64,000 nt of DNA, from the NCBI GenBank assembly GCA_963974055.1, contig CAXBCP010000024.1, positions 4,124 to 68,123 on the forward strand, written 5' to 3'. Under the pieces are notes generated by a model. It was not told the DNA's origin, made no database searches, and worked only from the letters and a program-made list of their open reading frames with translations. Shown in pieces: positions 19,041 to 27,550 of this stretch. The DNA is from an uncultured Rhodospirillaceae bacterium (GTDB lineage Bacteria; Pseudomonadota; Alphaproteobacteria; MPNO01; UBA830). Numbering within the stretch: position 1 is the stretch's first letter; each line of letters begins with the position of its first letter. The translations under genes and the position numbers were made by a program.

Positions 19041-19289
19041 TCAGGCGATAATATCGAGCACCGATCCGCGGGGAATGTCGCGCCGGGTGAGTGCCGTATC
19101 CGACAGATCCAGTACGGGACGCGTTTCAGGCGCCCGCTGCGCCGGGTCGCCCTGCACGTTCGGCGCAGACGAAGGCGACGCCGACGAAGGCGGAGCCGCG
19201 GGTTGCTGACGCGGCTGCGCCGGCTGCGGATTTGCCGGAATGCTATTACCCGCTGCCCGTGCAGCGGCCTGAAATGCGGGAATATTCAT
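19041..19289 (-). CDS. Small Pro/Gln/Ala-rich protein ending PRGSVLDIIA
   Basis: 82 aa low-complexity ORF that fills the gap. Its C-terminal GS-x-LDI tail looks like that of small motility-associated proteins. Confidence 0.6.
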   Translation of the reverse strand: MNIPAFQAAARAAGNSIPANPQPAQPRQQPAAPPSSASPSSAPNVQGDPAQRAPETRPVLDLSDTALTRRDIPRGSVLDIIA

Positions 19290-19416
19290 ATTGGCGTCAA
19301 GGCTCGTATTTATGCCGAATTTGTCGGGGATTTTAGAGGTCTTCGGTTAACACCCGGTGTATAAACAGGGTTAATACTTTTACAACGTTCCGGAGAGCAG
19401 TAGCGTGCACTGCCCG

Positions 19417-19431
19417 TTAACCCTAATTTAA
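19417..19431. promoter_or_regulatory. CtrA-binding box
   Basis: (G)TTAA-CCCTAAT-TTAA, about 95 bp upstream of the first DUF2336 gene. Confidence 0.75.
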
Positions 19432-19524
19432 GTTCAATCTCAAATACTTGGCGCGAATCCTATACCCGGTCCGAAATCCGGAACGGGGTGGTTCGACACT
19501 ATGTACAAAGTGAATACCGACTGA

Positions 19525-20670
19525 ATGACTGACCCTGAACAGATCGATTACAACGAACTGGTTGGTTTGGCCCGCGACAAGTCGGTTAGCGGTCGCACGC
19601 GCCTGGTCCAGATCGTCGGCGATTTGTTTTTCGACACCGATACCGTCCTGCGCGACGCCGAACGTTCGATCATGTCCGATATTCTGCGGCAGTTGATCCA
19701 CGACGTGGAAATGACCGTGCGCCAGGAACTGTCGGCGCGCATGGCCGGCGAATCGGGCGCGCCGCGCGACCTGGTATCGGTTCTCGCGAACGACCAGATC
19801 GAAGTCGCCCATTCGATCCTGACACAGAGCACGGTGCTTCAGGATATCGAACTCGTTGAGATCGTCGAGCACAGGACGCTCGGTCATCAGCTCGCCATCG
19901 CGATGCGCGAAACGGTTTCGGAAACGGTTTCGGACGCCCTGATCGAGACGGGAAACGTAAATGTCATCAAGACATTGCTGGAAAACGACAACGCCGATAT
20001 CTCCGGCAAGGCGATGGAATACCTCGTCGAACAGTCGGAAAAAATCAACGATATCCAGGTACCGCTGATCAATCGCGGCGATCTGGGTCCCGATCTCGCG
20101 AAACGGATGTACTGGTGGGTCTCCGCGGCGCTCCGCAAGCATATCGTCGAACACTTTCGTATCGACGAAGCGGATCTGGACGACAAGATACAGGATACCA
20201 TCCACGTTATTCTCGGCAGCGACGGCGATCCCAAAACGGCGCCGGCGCGAAAATCCCAGGAATTGGCGGAAAAACTACAGAAGGCGTCGGCCATAACGCC
20301 GCATCTTCTGATCCAGACCCTGCGTCAGGGCGAGGTCGTTCTTTTCGAAGACCTGTTGTCGCAGATCACCGGTCTCCGCACCAACCTGATCCGGCGTTTC
20401 GTCTTTGAACCGGGTGGCGAAGGACTGGCCATCGCCTGCCGGTCGGCGAAAATCGAAAAGCCGGATTTCGCGTCGATTTTCCTGCTCAGCCGCAGCGCCC
20501 GCCCCGGCGACAAGGTCGTCGACCCCAACGAAGTCAGCCGGGTGATGAACTTTTTCGACCGCATCGCCGTGGAAACGGCGCAAAAAGTGGTGAAACGCTG
20601 GCATCTCGATCCGAATTTCCTGTTCGCGCTGAAACAGGTGAACGACGACAAGCGAAGGGCGGCGGAATAG
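19525..20670 (+). CDS. DUF2336 domain protein, paralogue 1
   Basis: DVEMTVRQELS, LANDQIEVAHSIL, HQLAIAMR, LLENDNADIS, YWWVSAALR helical-repeat pattern. Confidence 0.85.
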   Translation: MTDPEQIDYNELVGLARDKSVSGRTRLVQIVGDLFFDTDTVLRDAERSIMSDILRQLIHDVEMTVRQELSARMAGESGAPRDLVSVLANDQIEVAHSILTQSTVLQDIELVEIVEHRTLGHQLAIAMRETVSETVSDALIETGNVNVIKTLLENDNADISGKAMEYLVEQSEKINDIQVPLINRGDLGPDLAKRMYWWVSAALRKHIVEHFRIDEADLDDKIQDTIHVILGSDGDPKTAPARKSQELAEKLQKASAITPHLLIQTLRQGEVVLFEDLLSQITGLRTNLIRRFVFEPGGEGLAIACRSAKIEKPDFASIFLLSRSARPGDKVVDPNEVSRVMNFFDRIAVETAQKVVKRWHLDPNFLFALKQVNDDKRRAAE

Positions 20671-20743
20671 CCCCGCCCGTTCCGGTCGACCGCTATGCAT
20701 TTCAGAATAAATTCCCTCTGAAATTCGGAGATATCGGCGGCAA

Positions 20744-20758
20744 TTAACGTATGATTAA
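20744..20758. promoter_or_regulatory. CtrA-binding box
   Basis: TTAA-CGTATGA-TTAA directly upstream of the second DUF2336 gene. Confidence 0.72.
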
Positions 20759-20782
20759 ACGCCTTCGCCTAAATTTCTATAC

Positions 20783-21967
20783 ATGGCAACGAATCTGACA
20801 TCCGGAGCGCCTATGCTCGCCGGCCTCCCGATCGACAATCCGGAAGACCTCCATACGCTTCTGTCGCTCGCGCGGGACAAATCCGTAGAGGGCCGGACCG
20901 CGCTCGTCAAAGCGCTGGGCGACCTGTTTTACGATTCCCATTCGGAACTCTCGATAGACGAACGCAACCTGATGGGCGACATCCTGCAGCGCCTGATCGG
21001 CGACGTGGAAACGGTTGTCCGAAAGGCGCTGGCGGAAACGCTGAGCGGCATTCCGGACGCCCCGCCCCAGATCATCAGTGCGCTCGCGAACGATTCGCTC
21101 GATATTGCGTACCCGATCCTGATCGAAAGCTCCGTCCTTCAGGATATGGAACTGGTGGAAATCATCCGCCACCGTACCCACGAACACCAGCTGGCCATCG
21201 CCATGCGCGCGTCGGTATCCGAAACCGTGTCGGACGCCCTGGTCGACACCGACAACAACGACGTCATCCGGACCCTGGTCGAAAATCGCGGCGCGCATAT
21301 TTCCGGCGAAACGCTCGAAAAAATCGTCGACCGCTCGGAATCGCAGACCGACCTGCAGGACCCGTTGCTTCGCCGGACCGAACTGTCGCCGACCCTGGCG
21401 AAACGGATGTATTGGTGGGTCTCCGCCGCCCTGCGCAAAAGCATCGTAGACCGGTTCGACATCGATTCGGTCGAACTCGACAAATCCATCGAACGCGCCG
21501 TCAAGGACCTGATGGGCGAGCCCATCGCCAAGGCGGAGAACGCCGACAATATCGATCACATGATCAAATCGCTCATCGGCGCCGGCAAGGTTACGCCGCC
21601 TTTGATGATCCAGACCCTGCGTCAGGGCGAAATCGCGCTGTTCGAGGAAATGCTGTCGGGCCTGTCGAACCTGAATGCCAAACTTGTGCGCCGGTTCGTC
21701 TTCGAACCCGGCGGCGAGGCCCTGGCCATTCTGTGCCGCTCCCTTGAAATCATGAAACCCGATTTCGCGTCGATTTTCCTGCTCAGCCGCAGCGCGCGGC
21801 CCGGCGACAAGGTCGTCGACCCGTCGGAACTGACCCGGGTGCTCGACCTGTACGACCGGATCAAGATCGAAACCGCCAGGAAAGTCGTGGAACACTGGCG
21901 GCTCGACCCCGACTACCTGTTCGCGCTCAAGCAGGTTAACTCCGGGCAGCAGCAAGCGGTCGGTTAA
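20783..21967 (+). CDS. DUF2336 domain protein, paralogue 2
   Basis: Collinear with paralogue 1: LARDKSV, LAND, HQLAIAMR, LAKRMYWWVSAALRK, KPDFASIFLLSRSARPGDKVVDP. Alternative start at 20813. Confidence 0.85.
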   Translation: MATNLTSGAPMLAGLPIDNPEDLHTLLSLARDKSVEGRTALVKALGDLFYDSHSELSIDERNLMGDILQRLIGDVETVVRKALAETLSGIPDAPPQIISALANDSLDIAYPILIESSVLQDMELVEIIRHRTHEHQLAIAMRASVSETVSDALVDTDNNDVIRTLVENRGAHISGETLEKIVDRSESQTDLQDPLLRRTELSPTLAKRMYWWVSAALRKSIVDRFDIDSVELDKSIERAVKDLMGEPIAKAENADNIDHMIKSLIGAGKVTPPLMIQTLRQGEIALFEEMLSGLSNLNAKLVRRFVFEPGGEALAILCRSLEIMKPDFASIFLLSRSARPGDKVVDPSELTRVLDLYDRIKIETARKVVEHWRLDPDYLFALKQVNSGQQQAVG

Positions 21968-22070
21968 CCACCGCTGAAATCGCGGCCGGCGGCCGGGTTT
22001 TTCGCCGTTTGACCCCGGTCGCATGATGACGGCCCCCTCCCGGACCGGTATCCTGTTGCGAAACAGGGGA

Positions 22071-24416
22071 TTGCGGACGGTGTTCGGTCAAAAAGTGAAC
22101 AGGGTTGAAGACCCGGCCTTGCTGCGCGGCAAAGCGCGCTACATCGACGATATCCATCTCGACGGCATGCTTCACGCGGCCTTTGTCCGCGCCCCGGTGG
22201 CGCATGCGCTGATTTCGGGAACGGACAGCAGCGCCGCCCGCGCGCTGGACGGCGTGGTGGCGGTCTACACGCTGGACGACCTGCGCCCGCACCTGACCGA
22301 CCCGGTCTTGCCGGTCGAACAACCTTCCGGCGCGCTGAAGCTTTCGGCAAGCCCGTCGGCGCTCGCCGATGGCGAGGTGCGTTATGTCGGCGAACCCGTT
22401 GCCTGCGTTATCGCGACCACACCCTATATCGCAGAGGACGCAGCGCAGCTCGTTTCCGTCGACTACAGCGATTTGCCGGTATCGTCCGATTACCTCGCCG
22501 CGCTCGAAGACGGCTCGCCGACCGCCCATTCGGCATTCGGCGACAATGTCGTCGCGGGATTTACCCTGGCCTATGGCGACGCCGATTCGGCGTTCGACGA
22601 TGCGGCGCATGTATTCCGGGAAACGTTGCACCAGCACAAGGGTCTGGGGCATGCGATCGAATGCCGGGGCGTTGCGGCCCAGGTCGACCCGCGCGACGGC
22701 GTGCTGACCGTCTGGTCGGCAACCCAGATGGCGCACCGGGCGCAAAGCATCCTGGTCCAGATGCTCGACCTGCCGGAAGACCGCATCCGGGTCGTCACGC
22801 CGACTGTCGGCGGCGGGTTCGGCCCCAAATTCGTCTTCTACCAGGAAGAAGTCGTCATTCCGGTCGCGGCCATGCTGCTGAACCGCCCGGTCAAATGGAT
22901 CGAGGACCGGCGCGAGCATTTCACGGCGGCAACCATGGAACGCGACCAGCTCTGGGATCTCGAAGTTGCCGTTGACGCCGAGGGCCGGTTGCAGGGCGTG
23001 CGCGGCACCATGGCCCACGATCACGGCGCCTATACCCCCTATGGCGTGAACCTGCCCTATAACGCGGCAACGAATTTCCTCGGACCCTACGAACTGCCGA
23101 CCATGTCACTGGACGTCAGGCTGGCCCTGACCAACATGACGCCGGTAACGCCGGTGCGCGGCGCGGGACGGCCGCAGGGCACGTTCGCGATGGAACGCCT
23201 GATGGACCGTATCGCGCGCGAACTGAAGATCGACCGGGTCGAGGCACGCCGCCGCAACCTGATCCCGGCCGACGCGATGCCCTATGACACGCAGATCAAG
23301 ACCCGCGACGGCGCGATCATGACCTACGATTCCGGCGATTACCCGGCGGCGATGGATGCCGCGCTCGACCGCGCCGGATATGGCGGATTCAAAACCCGGC
23401 AGGAAGCCGCCCGCGCCGAGGGCCGCTATCTCGGCATCGGGGTCGCCAATTACGTCGAAGGCACCGGCCGCGGTCCGTTCGAATCCGCCACCGTGCGCGT
23501 CAAACCGTCGGGCAGGATCGTCACCTATACCGGCGCCACCGACCAGGGACAGGGGCTGCAGACGGCGCTGGCGCAGGTCTGCGCGGCCCAGACCGGCGCG
23601 GCGATCGAGGATATCGAGGTCGTCACCGGCGATACCGGCACGGTGTCGCTCGGTCTCGGTGCGTTTGCCAGCCGCCAGGCGGTCACGGCGGGCTCTTCCG
23701 TCCACGTCGCCGCGCTGGAGGTGCGCCGGAAAGCCCTGAAAGTCGCCGCGCACCTGCTGGAAGCGGCGGAGGAAGATCTCGATATCGCCGACGGGAAAAT
23801 CTCCGTGCGCGGCGTGCCCGACCTGTCCGTCACGTTGGGCGATGTCGCCCGCGCGGTGCAGGGGATGCCGGGATTTTCCCTGCCCGGCGGCGTCGATCCG
23901 GGGATGGAGGCGACCGCGCATTTCACGCCGCCGACCCTGACCTATTGCAACGGCACGCACGTGGTGGAGGTCGAAGTCGATCCCGGCACCGGGCATGTCG
24001 AGGTGCTGAACTATGTCATCGTCCATGACAGCGGGCGCTTGATCAACCCGACCATCGTCGAAGGCCAGATCACCGGCGGCGCGACCCACGGGCTGGGATC
24101 GGCCCTGTTCGAGCGCATGATCTACGACGACCAGGGCCAGCCGCAGACGACCAATTTCGGCGAATACCTGCTGCCGTCGGCGCCGGAAGTGCCGCATTAC
24201 GATATTGTCCACATGGCAAGCCCGACCCCGCTGAACCCGCTGGGGGTCAAAGGCGCCGGCGAAGGCGGTACGATTCCGGTGACCTCCGCTATTGCGTCCG
24301 CCGTCGACGATGCGCTCGCGCCCTTCGGCGTCGTGGTCCGCGAGTTACCGATCGAGCCGAAACGGATCGTCGAGATGATCCGGAACACAGAACAGTCGCA
24401 GAGCGCAGCGATTTGA
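22071..24416 (+). CDS. Xanthine dehydrogenase-family molybdopterin-binding large subunit (CoxL-like)
   Basis: RVEDPALLRG, VGGGFGPK, PVKWIEDRREH, PVRGAGRPQ, QGQG, EGQITGG, NPLGVKGAGE. Start uncertain (22023, 22071 or 22080). Confidence 0.92.
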   Translation: MRTVFGQKVNRVEDPALLRGKARYIDDIHLDGMLHAAFVRAPVAHALISGTDSSAARALDGVVAVYTLDDLRPHLTDPVLPVEQPSGALKLSASPSALADGEVRYVGEPVACVIATTPYIAEDAAQLVSVDYSDLPVSSDYLAALEDGSPTAHSAFGDNVVAGFTLAYGDADSAFDDAAHVFRETLHQHKGLGHAIECRGVAAQVDPRDGVLTVWSATQMAHRAQSILVQMLDLPEDRIRVVTPTVGGGFGPKFVFYQEEVVIPVAAMLLNRPVKWIEDRREHFTAATMERDQLWDLEVAVDAEGRLQGVRGTMAHDHGAYTPYGVNLPYNAATNFLGPYELPTMSLDVRLALTNMTPVTPVRGAGRPQGTFAMERLMDRIARELKIDRVEARRRNLIPADAMPYDTQIKTRDGAIMTYDSGDYPAAMDAALDRAGYGGFKTRQEAARAEGRYLGIGVANYVEGTGRGPFESATVRVKPSGRIVTYTGATDQGQGLQTALAQVCAAQTGAAIEDIEVVTGDTGTVSLGLGAFASRQAVTAGSSVHVAALEVRRKALKVAAHLLEAAEEDLDIADGKISVRGVPDLSVTLGDVARAVQGMPGFSLPGGVDPGMEATAHFTPPTLTYCNGTHVVEVEVDPGTGHVEVLNYVIVHDSGRLINPTIVEGQITGGATHGLGSALFERMIYDDQGQPQTTNFGEYLLPSAPEVPHYDIVHMASPTPLNPLGVKGAGEGGTIPVTSAIASAVDDALAPFGVVVRELPIEPKRIVEMIRNTEQSQSAAI

Positions 24417-24628
24417 CCTACCTGAAAAACACCTGATATGTCGCCGCGCAGAGCCATGAGATCACGGACAATCTGCTCGGCCGGGTCGTCTGCGGCGATC
24501 CGGTGGTGCTGTACCGCACCGATGCAGGAACGCCGGCGGCGCTGAAAGACCACTGCTGTCACCGCCATCTGCCGCTGTCGCTGGGCCGGCGCGTGGTCGA
24601 CGCCCTGATCGCGGCGGAAACGCCCTAG
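24413..24628 (+). pseudogene. Remnant of a VanA-like Rieske non-heme iron oxygenase alpha subunit
   Basis: Hand translation from TTG 24413: MTYLKNT*YVAAQSHEITDNLLGRVVCGDPVVLYRTDAGTPAALKDHCCHRHLPLSLGRRVVDALIAAETP*. TGA at the conserved Trp; only the first half of the Rieske motif remains. Confidence 0.85.
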
Positions 24629-25008
24629 CCCTTCGCCGCCCGCTCTTTCAGGATCGTCCGCAGGTTTTCCTTCGGCGGCACGATATCGGTGACCAGGTCG
24701 CGGATCAGCGTCTTATTGGTCAGCGGGCCGACCACGGTGCCTTCGGCGGAAAGCCGGGCCGTGCAGGCATATTCGGTCTTGCCGTTTACCGAGACCATGC
24801 ATTCCTTGCAGGCATTGGCGTTGACGCAGCTATAGCGGAACGCCAGCGACGAATCGACATGGGTGCGAATCCAGACCACCGCGTCCAGCACCGACATCCC
24901 CGCGCGCCACGGCACGTCGAAATCTTCCGTCCACGGTTCTTCGCCGGGCGCGCCGCGCTGGATCGTGATCGGGGCCGTTTGTTCGGCATTCGCGTTATCG
25001 GGCGTCAT
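24625..25008 (-). CDS. 2Fe-2S protein (SdhB/FrdB N-terminal domain only)
   Basis: SVLDA...DSSLAFRYSCVNANACKEC...YAC, IRDLVTD. No 4Fe-4S/3Fe-4S motifs. ATGA overlap with the upstream gene. Confidence 0.85.
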   Translation of the reverse strand: MTPDNANAEQTAPITIQRGAPGEEPWTEDFDVPWRAGMSVLDAVVWIRTHVDSSLAFRYSCVNANACKECMVSVNGKTEYACTARLSAEGTVVGPLTNKTLIRDLVTDIVPPKENLRTILKERAAKG

Positions 25009-26702
25009 GCTGTCGCTCCCTTCGCCACCGGAAGGTAATCGTATGCCAGCACCCCGTTTTCATCGAGACGAAGCCGCTGGTTATATTCCTGTGCCGGGTC
25101 CATTTCCTCGAAATCCTCGCGCTGGTGGGCGCCCCGGCTTTCCCGGCGGTTGATCGCCGCCAAAGTCACCGCTTCCGCCGTCAGCAGGGCGGACCGCAGA
25201 TCGTACCAGTCCTGCAGGGTCATGTTGAACGCCGTGTCCGCCGCGGGGACAAGGGCATGAAGATCGGTACGCATTTCACGGATTCGCGCCAGTGCCGCTT
25301 CCAGTTTGTCGGCCGTTCGCAGCACGCCGACCTTTTCCCACATCAGTCTCTGGAGCTCGAACCACATTTCGCCGAGCACCGCCGGATCGCTGTCATCCGA
25401 CTGGCGCGCGACGAGCCCGTCGAGACGGTCGATATGTTCCGCCGCCGCGTCGTCGGACCACGCCCGGTTCCGCCCGCGGGCATATTCCGCCGCGAACCGT
25501 CCGGCCCGTTCGCCGAACACGAACGCTTCGGGAATCGCGTTGCCCGACAAACGGTTCGCGCCATTGGCGCCGCCGACCACTTCGCCTGCGCCGTAAAGCC
25601 CGGCAACGCTGGTTTCCATCCTGCCGTTCACCCGGATACCGCCCATGTGATAATGGGCGATGGGCGCGACCTCGACGGTATCCTTAGTCAGGTCGATCCC
25701 GTTGGCCGCCAGCTTGTCGATCACCGGGCCGAAGGCTTCGCGCAGCTTTTCTTCAGGGATATGCGTGAAGCTGAGATGCACGCCGCCGTTCTCGGTCGCG
25801 CGGCCGGCCTCGTTCTCCTTGGTGATGCCATAGGAAATGATATCGCGGGTGGTGGTGTATTTTTCCGCGTCCTCGCCGCCATAGCGGTGGAGGAACTCTT
25901 CGCCCTCGGCGTTGAACAGGCGCCCGCCGAGCTTGTAGCGGAACGGATCCCACATGATCGGGTCCATCCCGACCAGCCGCGGCGCCAGGTGGCCGATGGG
26001 GAAGAACTGCGGGAATTCCATGTCGATCAGTTCCGCCCCGGCGCGCAGTGCCATGGCATAGCCGTCGCCGTTCATGTTTACCGATGCCGAGTTGCGCTGA
26101 TACAGCCGCGTCAGCCCGCCCGCCGCAATGACCACCGCATTGGCGGCAATCGTGACCGGCTGTTCGTCTTCGAGATTCCAGCCGACCGCGCCGGTGACGA
26201 CGCCGTCATCGACGACCACGTCGTTGATCGCGAGGCCGCTGACGCGTGTCACCGTATCGGCGCGTGCAACCTGGGTGCGCAGGCATTTGGCGACCGCCGG
26301 GCCGGTATTCAGGAAGTCGACATAGACGCAGCGCGGCACGCTGTGACCCGGGGCCATAACACCGGTGATCTTGCCGTCCTTGCGCGCCCAGCCGACCTTC
26401 CAGTCGTCCATTTCGCGGATCCGGTCGATCGCTTCGCGGCACAGGATGGCCGCCAGTTCCTCGTTGCACAGGCCGCGGCCCGCCTCGAGCGTATCCTGGT
26501 AGTGCTTTTCCCAGCTGTCCGGTTCCTGGTCGCCCAGCGCCGCCGCCGTGGTCATCTGCGCCATGATGGTCGCGCCGCCCCGGCTGATCATGCTTTTATC
26601 GGCAAGGATGACGTCCGCGCCGTTACGGGCGGCGGCAATGGCCGCATACATGCCCGCACCGCCCGCGCCGACGACCAGAACATCGGTCTCAAGATGGATC
26701 AT
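25005..26702 (-). CDS. SdhA/FrdA/NadB-family flavoprotein
   Basis: VVGAGGAG, AAGG, DMEFPQFFP, HYHMGG, GANRLSGN, RRESRGAHQRED. Confidence 0.9.
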   Translation of the reverse strand: MIHLETDVLVVGAGGAGMYAAIAAARNGADVILADKSMISRGGATIMAQMTTAAALGDQEPDSWEKHYQDTLEAGRGLCNEELAAILCREAIDRIREMDDWKVGWARKDGKITGVMAPGHSVPRCVYVDFLNTGPAVAKCLRTQVARADTVTRVSGLAINDVVVDDGVVTGAVGWNLEDEQPVTIAANAVVIAAGGLTRLYQRNSASVNMNGDGYAMALRAGAELIDMEFPQFFPIGHLAPRLVGMDPIMWDPFRYKLGGRLFNAEGEEFLHRYGGEDAEKYTTTRDIISYGITKENEAGRATENGGVHLSFTHIPEEKLREAFGPVIDKLAANGIDLTKDTVEVAPIAHYHMGGIRVNGRMETSVAGLYGAGEVVGGANGANRLSGNAIPEAFVFGERAGRFAAEYARGRNRAWSDDAAAEHIDRLDGLVARQSDDSDPAVLGEMWFELQRLMWEKVGVLRTADKLEAALARIREMRTDLHALVPAADTAFNMTLQDWYDLRSALLTAEAVTLAAINRRESRGAHQREDFEEMDPAQEYNQRLRLDENGVLAYDYLPVAKGATA

Positions 26703-26818
26703 TAGGTAGTATACTCCGTTTTCTCATAGTATCGCCGCCCCGCTATCGGGGCAACTGCTTGCCACGCATACAAGCATGCATAGAATGAAGGCGGGACGGC
26801 AAAAACAAAAGGGCTGAC

Positions 26819-27547
26819 ATGACGGACAATACCGAACAATCGCTGGTCGACACGGCCTGGCCGTACTGGGAATGCGAAGGCGAAATCGCCAAACGCTACT
26901 TTGCCGATGCAACGGACGAAGATCATGCGTTTTACCTGCGCGCCCAGTTGTGGAAGGAACTTCACCCGGTGGACGGGTTCTTCAACGGGCTGCACCGCGA
27001 GCTGAAAGACCTCGTGGATAAATTTCCCGAGGTCGACCGCAGCATCGACCGTCACGAATATCATTTCCTGCTGACCCAGCTGACCGAGGAATTCAATCAC
27101 TACGTCATGCTCGCCGATATCTTCGAACACGTGATGGGCCGGAAAATCACGGCGGAAGACACCGTGCAGCTGGCGGAGGAAAAAAAGCTCGGCGATGTGC
27201 GGCGCGGCTACGTGGAAGGCGGCGACGCGCTGACCCGGGCCGCCGTCGGATTTACCGAGGGCGGGGGCGCGCGGCTGTTCCGCGAAGGCGCGAAACTGTC
27301 GGGATCGACCGTCAACGACATGACCGCCCGCGCCATGGAAATCATCTATGACGACGAAAAGGATCACTATGCCGAACAGGCGAAAATCTGCGTCGGGCTC
27401 ATTCAGTCGGAGGACGACATGGCGCGCATGCAGGATGCGATCCGCGCCATCAGCGCCCAGCGCGTAAAAATGCGCGCCGAAATGTTCCCCGGCGCGATGA
27501 CCGGCGCGGAAATCGACGCATTTATCGCCGAGAATACAAGGGGTTAG
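26819..27547 (+). CDS. Hypothetical ferritin-like diiron protein
   Basis: Helical acidic protein with a four-part ligand pattern: WKE, EEFNH, FTEGG, DEKDH. Confidence 0.7.
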   Translation: MTDNTEQSLVDTAWPYWECEGEIAKRYFADATDEDHAFYLRAQLWKELHPVDGFFNGLHRELKDLVDKFPEVDRSIDRHEYHFLLTQLTEEFNHYVMLADIFEHVMGRKITAEDTVQLAEEKKLGDVRRGYVEGGDALTRAAVGFTEGGGARLFREGAKLSGSTVNDMTARAMEIIYDDEKDHYAEQAKICVGLIQSEDDMARMQDAIRAISAQRVKMRAEMFPGAMTGAEIDAFIAENTRG

Positions 27548-27550
27548 GTA

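Noticed and set aside
22071-24416. Aerobic CO dehydrogenase
   Set aside because: Lacks the AYxCSFR loop, and there are no coxMS or accessory cox genes.
24434-24436. TGA recoded as Trp or selenocysteine
   Set aside because: TGA is a normal stop in many genes here, and the frame is also internally deleted, so a nonsense mutation is the simpler explanation.
25005-26702. Calling the pair sdhAB or nadB
   Set aside because: Catalytic His and covalent-FAD His are missing, the Fe-S subunit is truncated, and there are no sdhCD or nadAC genes.
26750-26765. Sigma54 promoter (TGGCA...TTGC on the minus strand)
   Set aside because: GG-to-GC spacing is 9 nt instead of the required 10.
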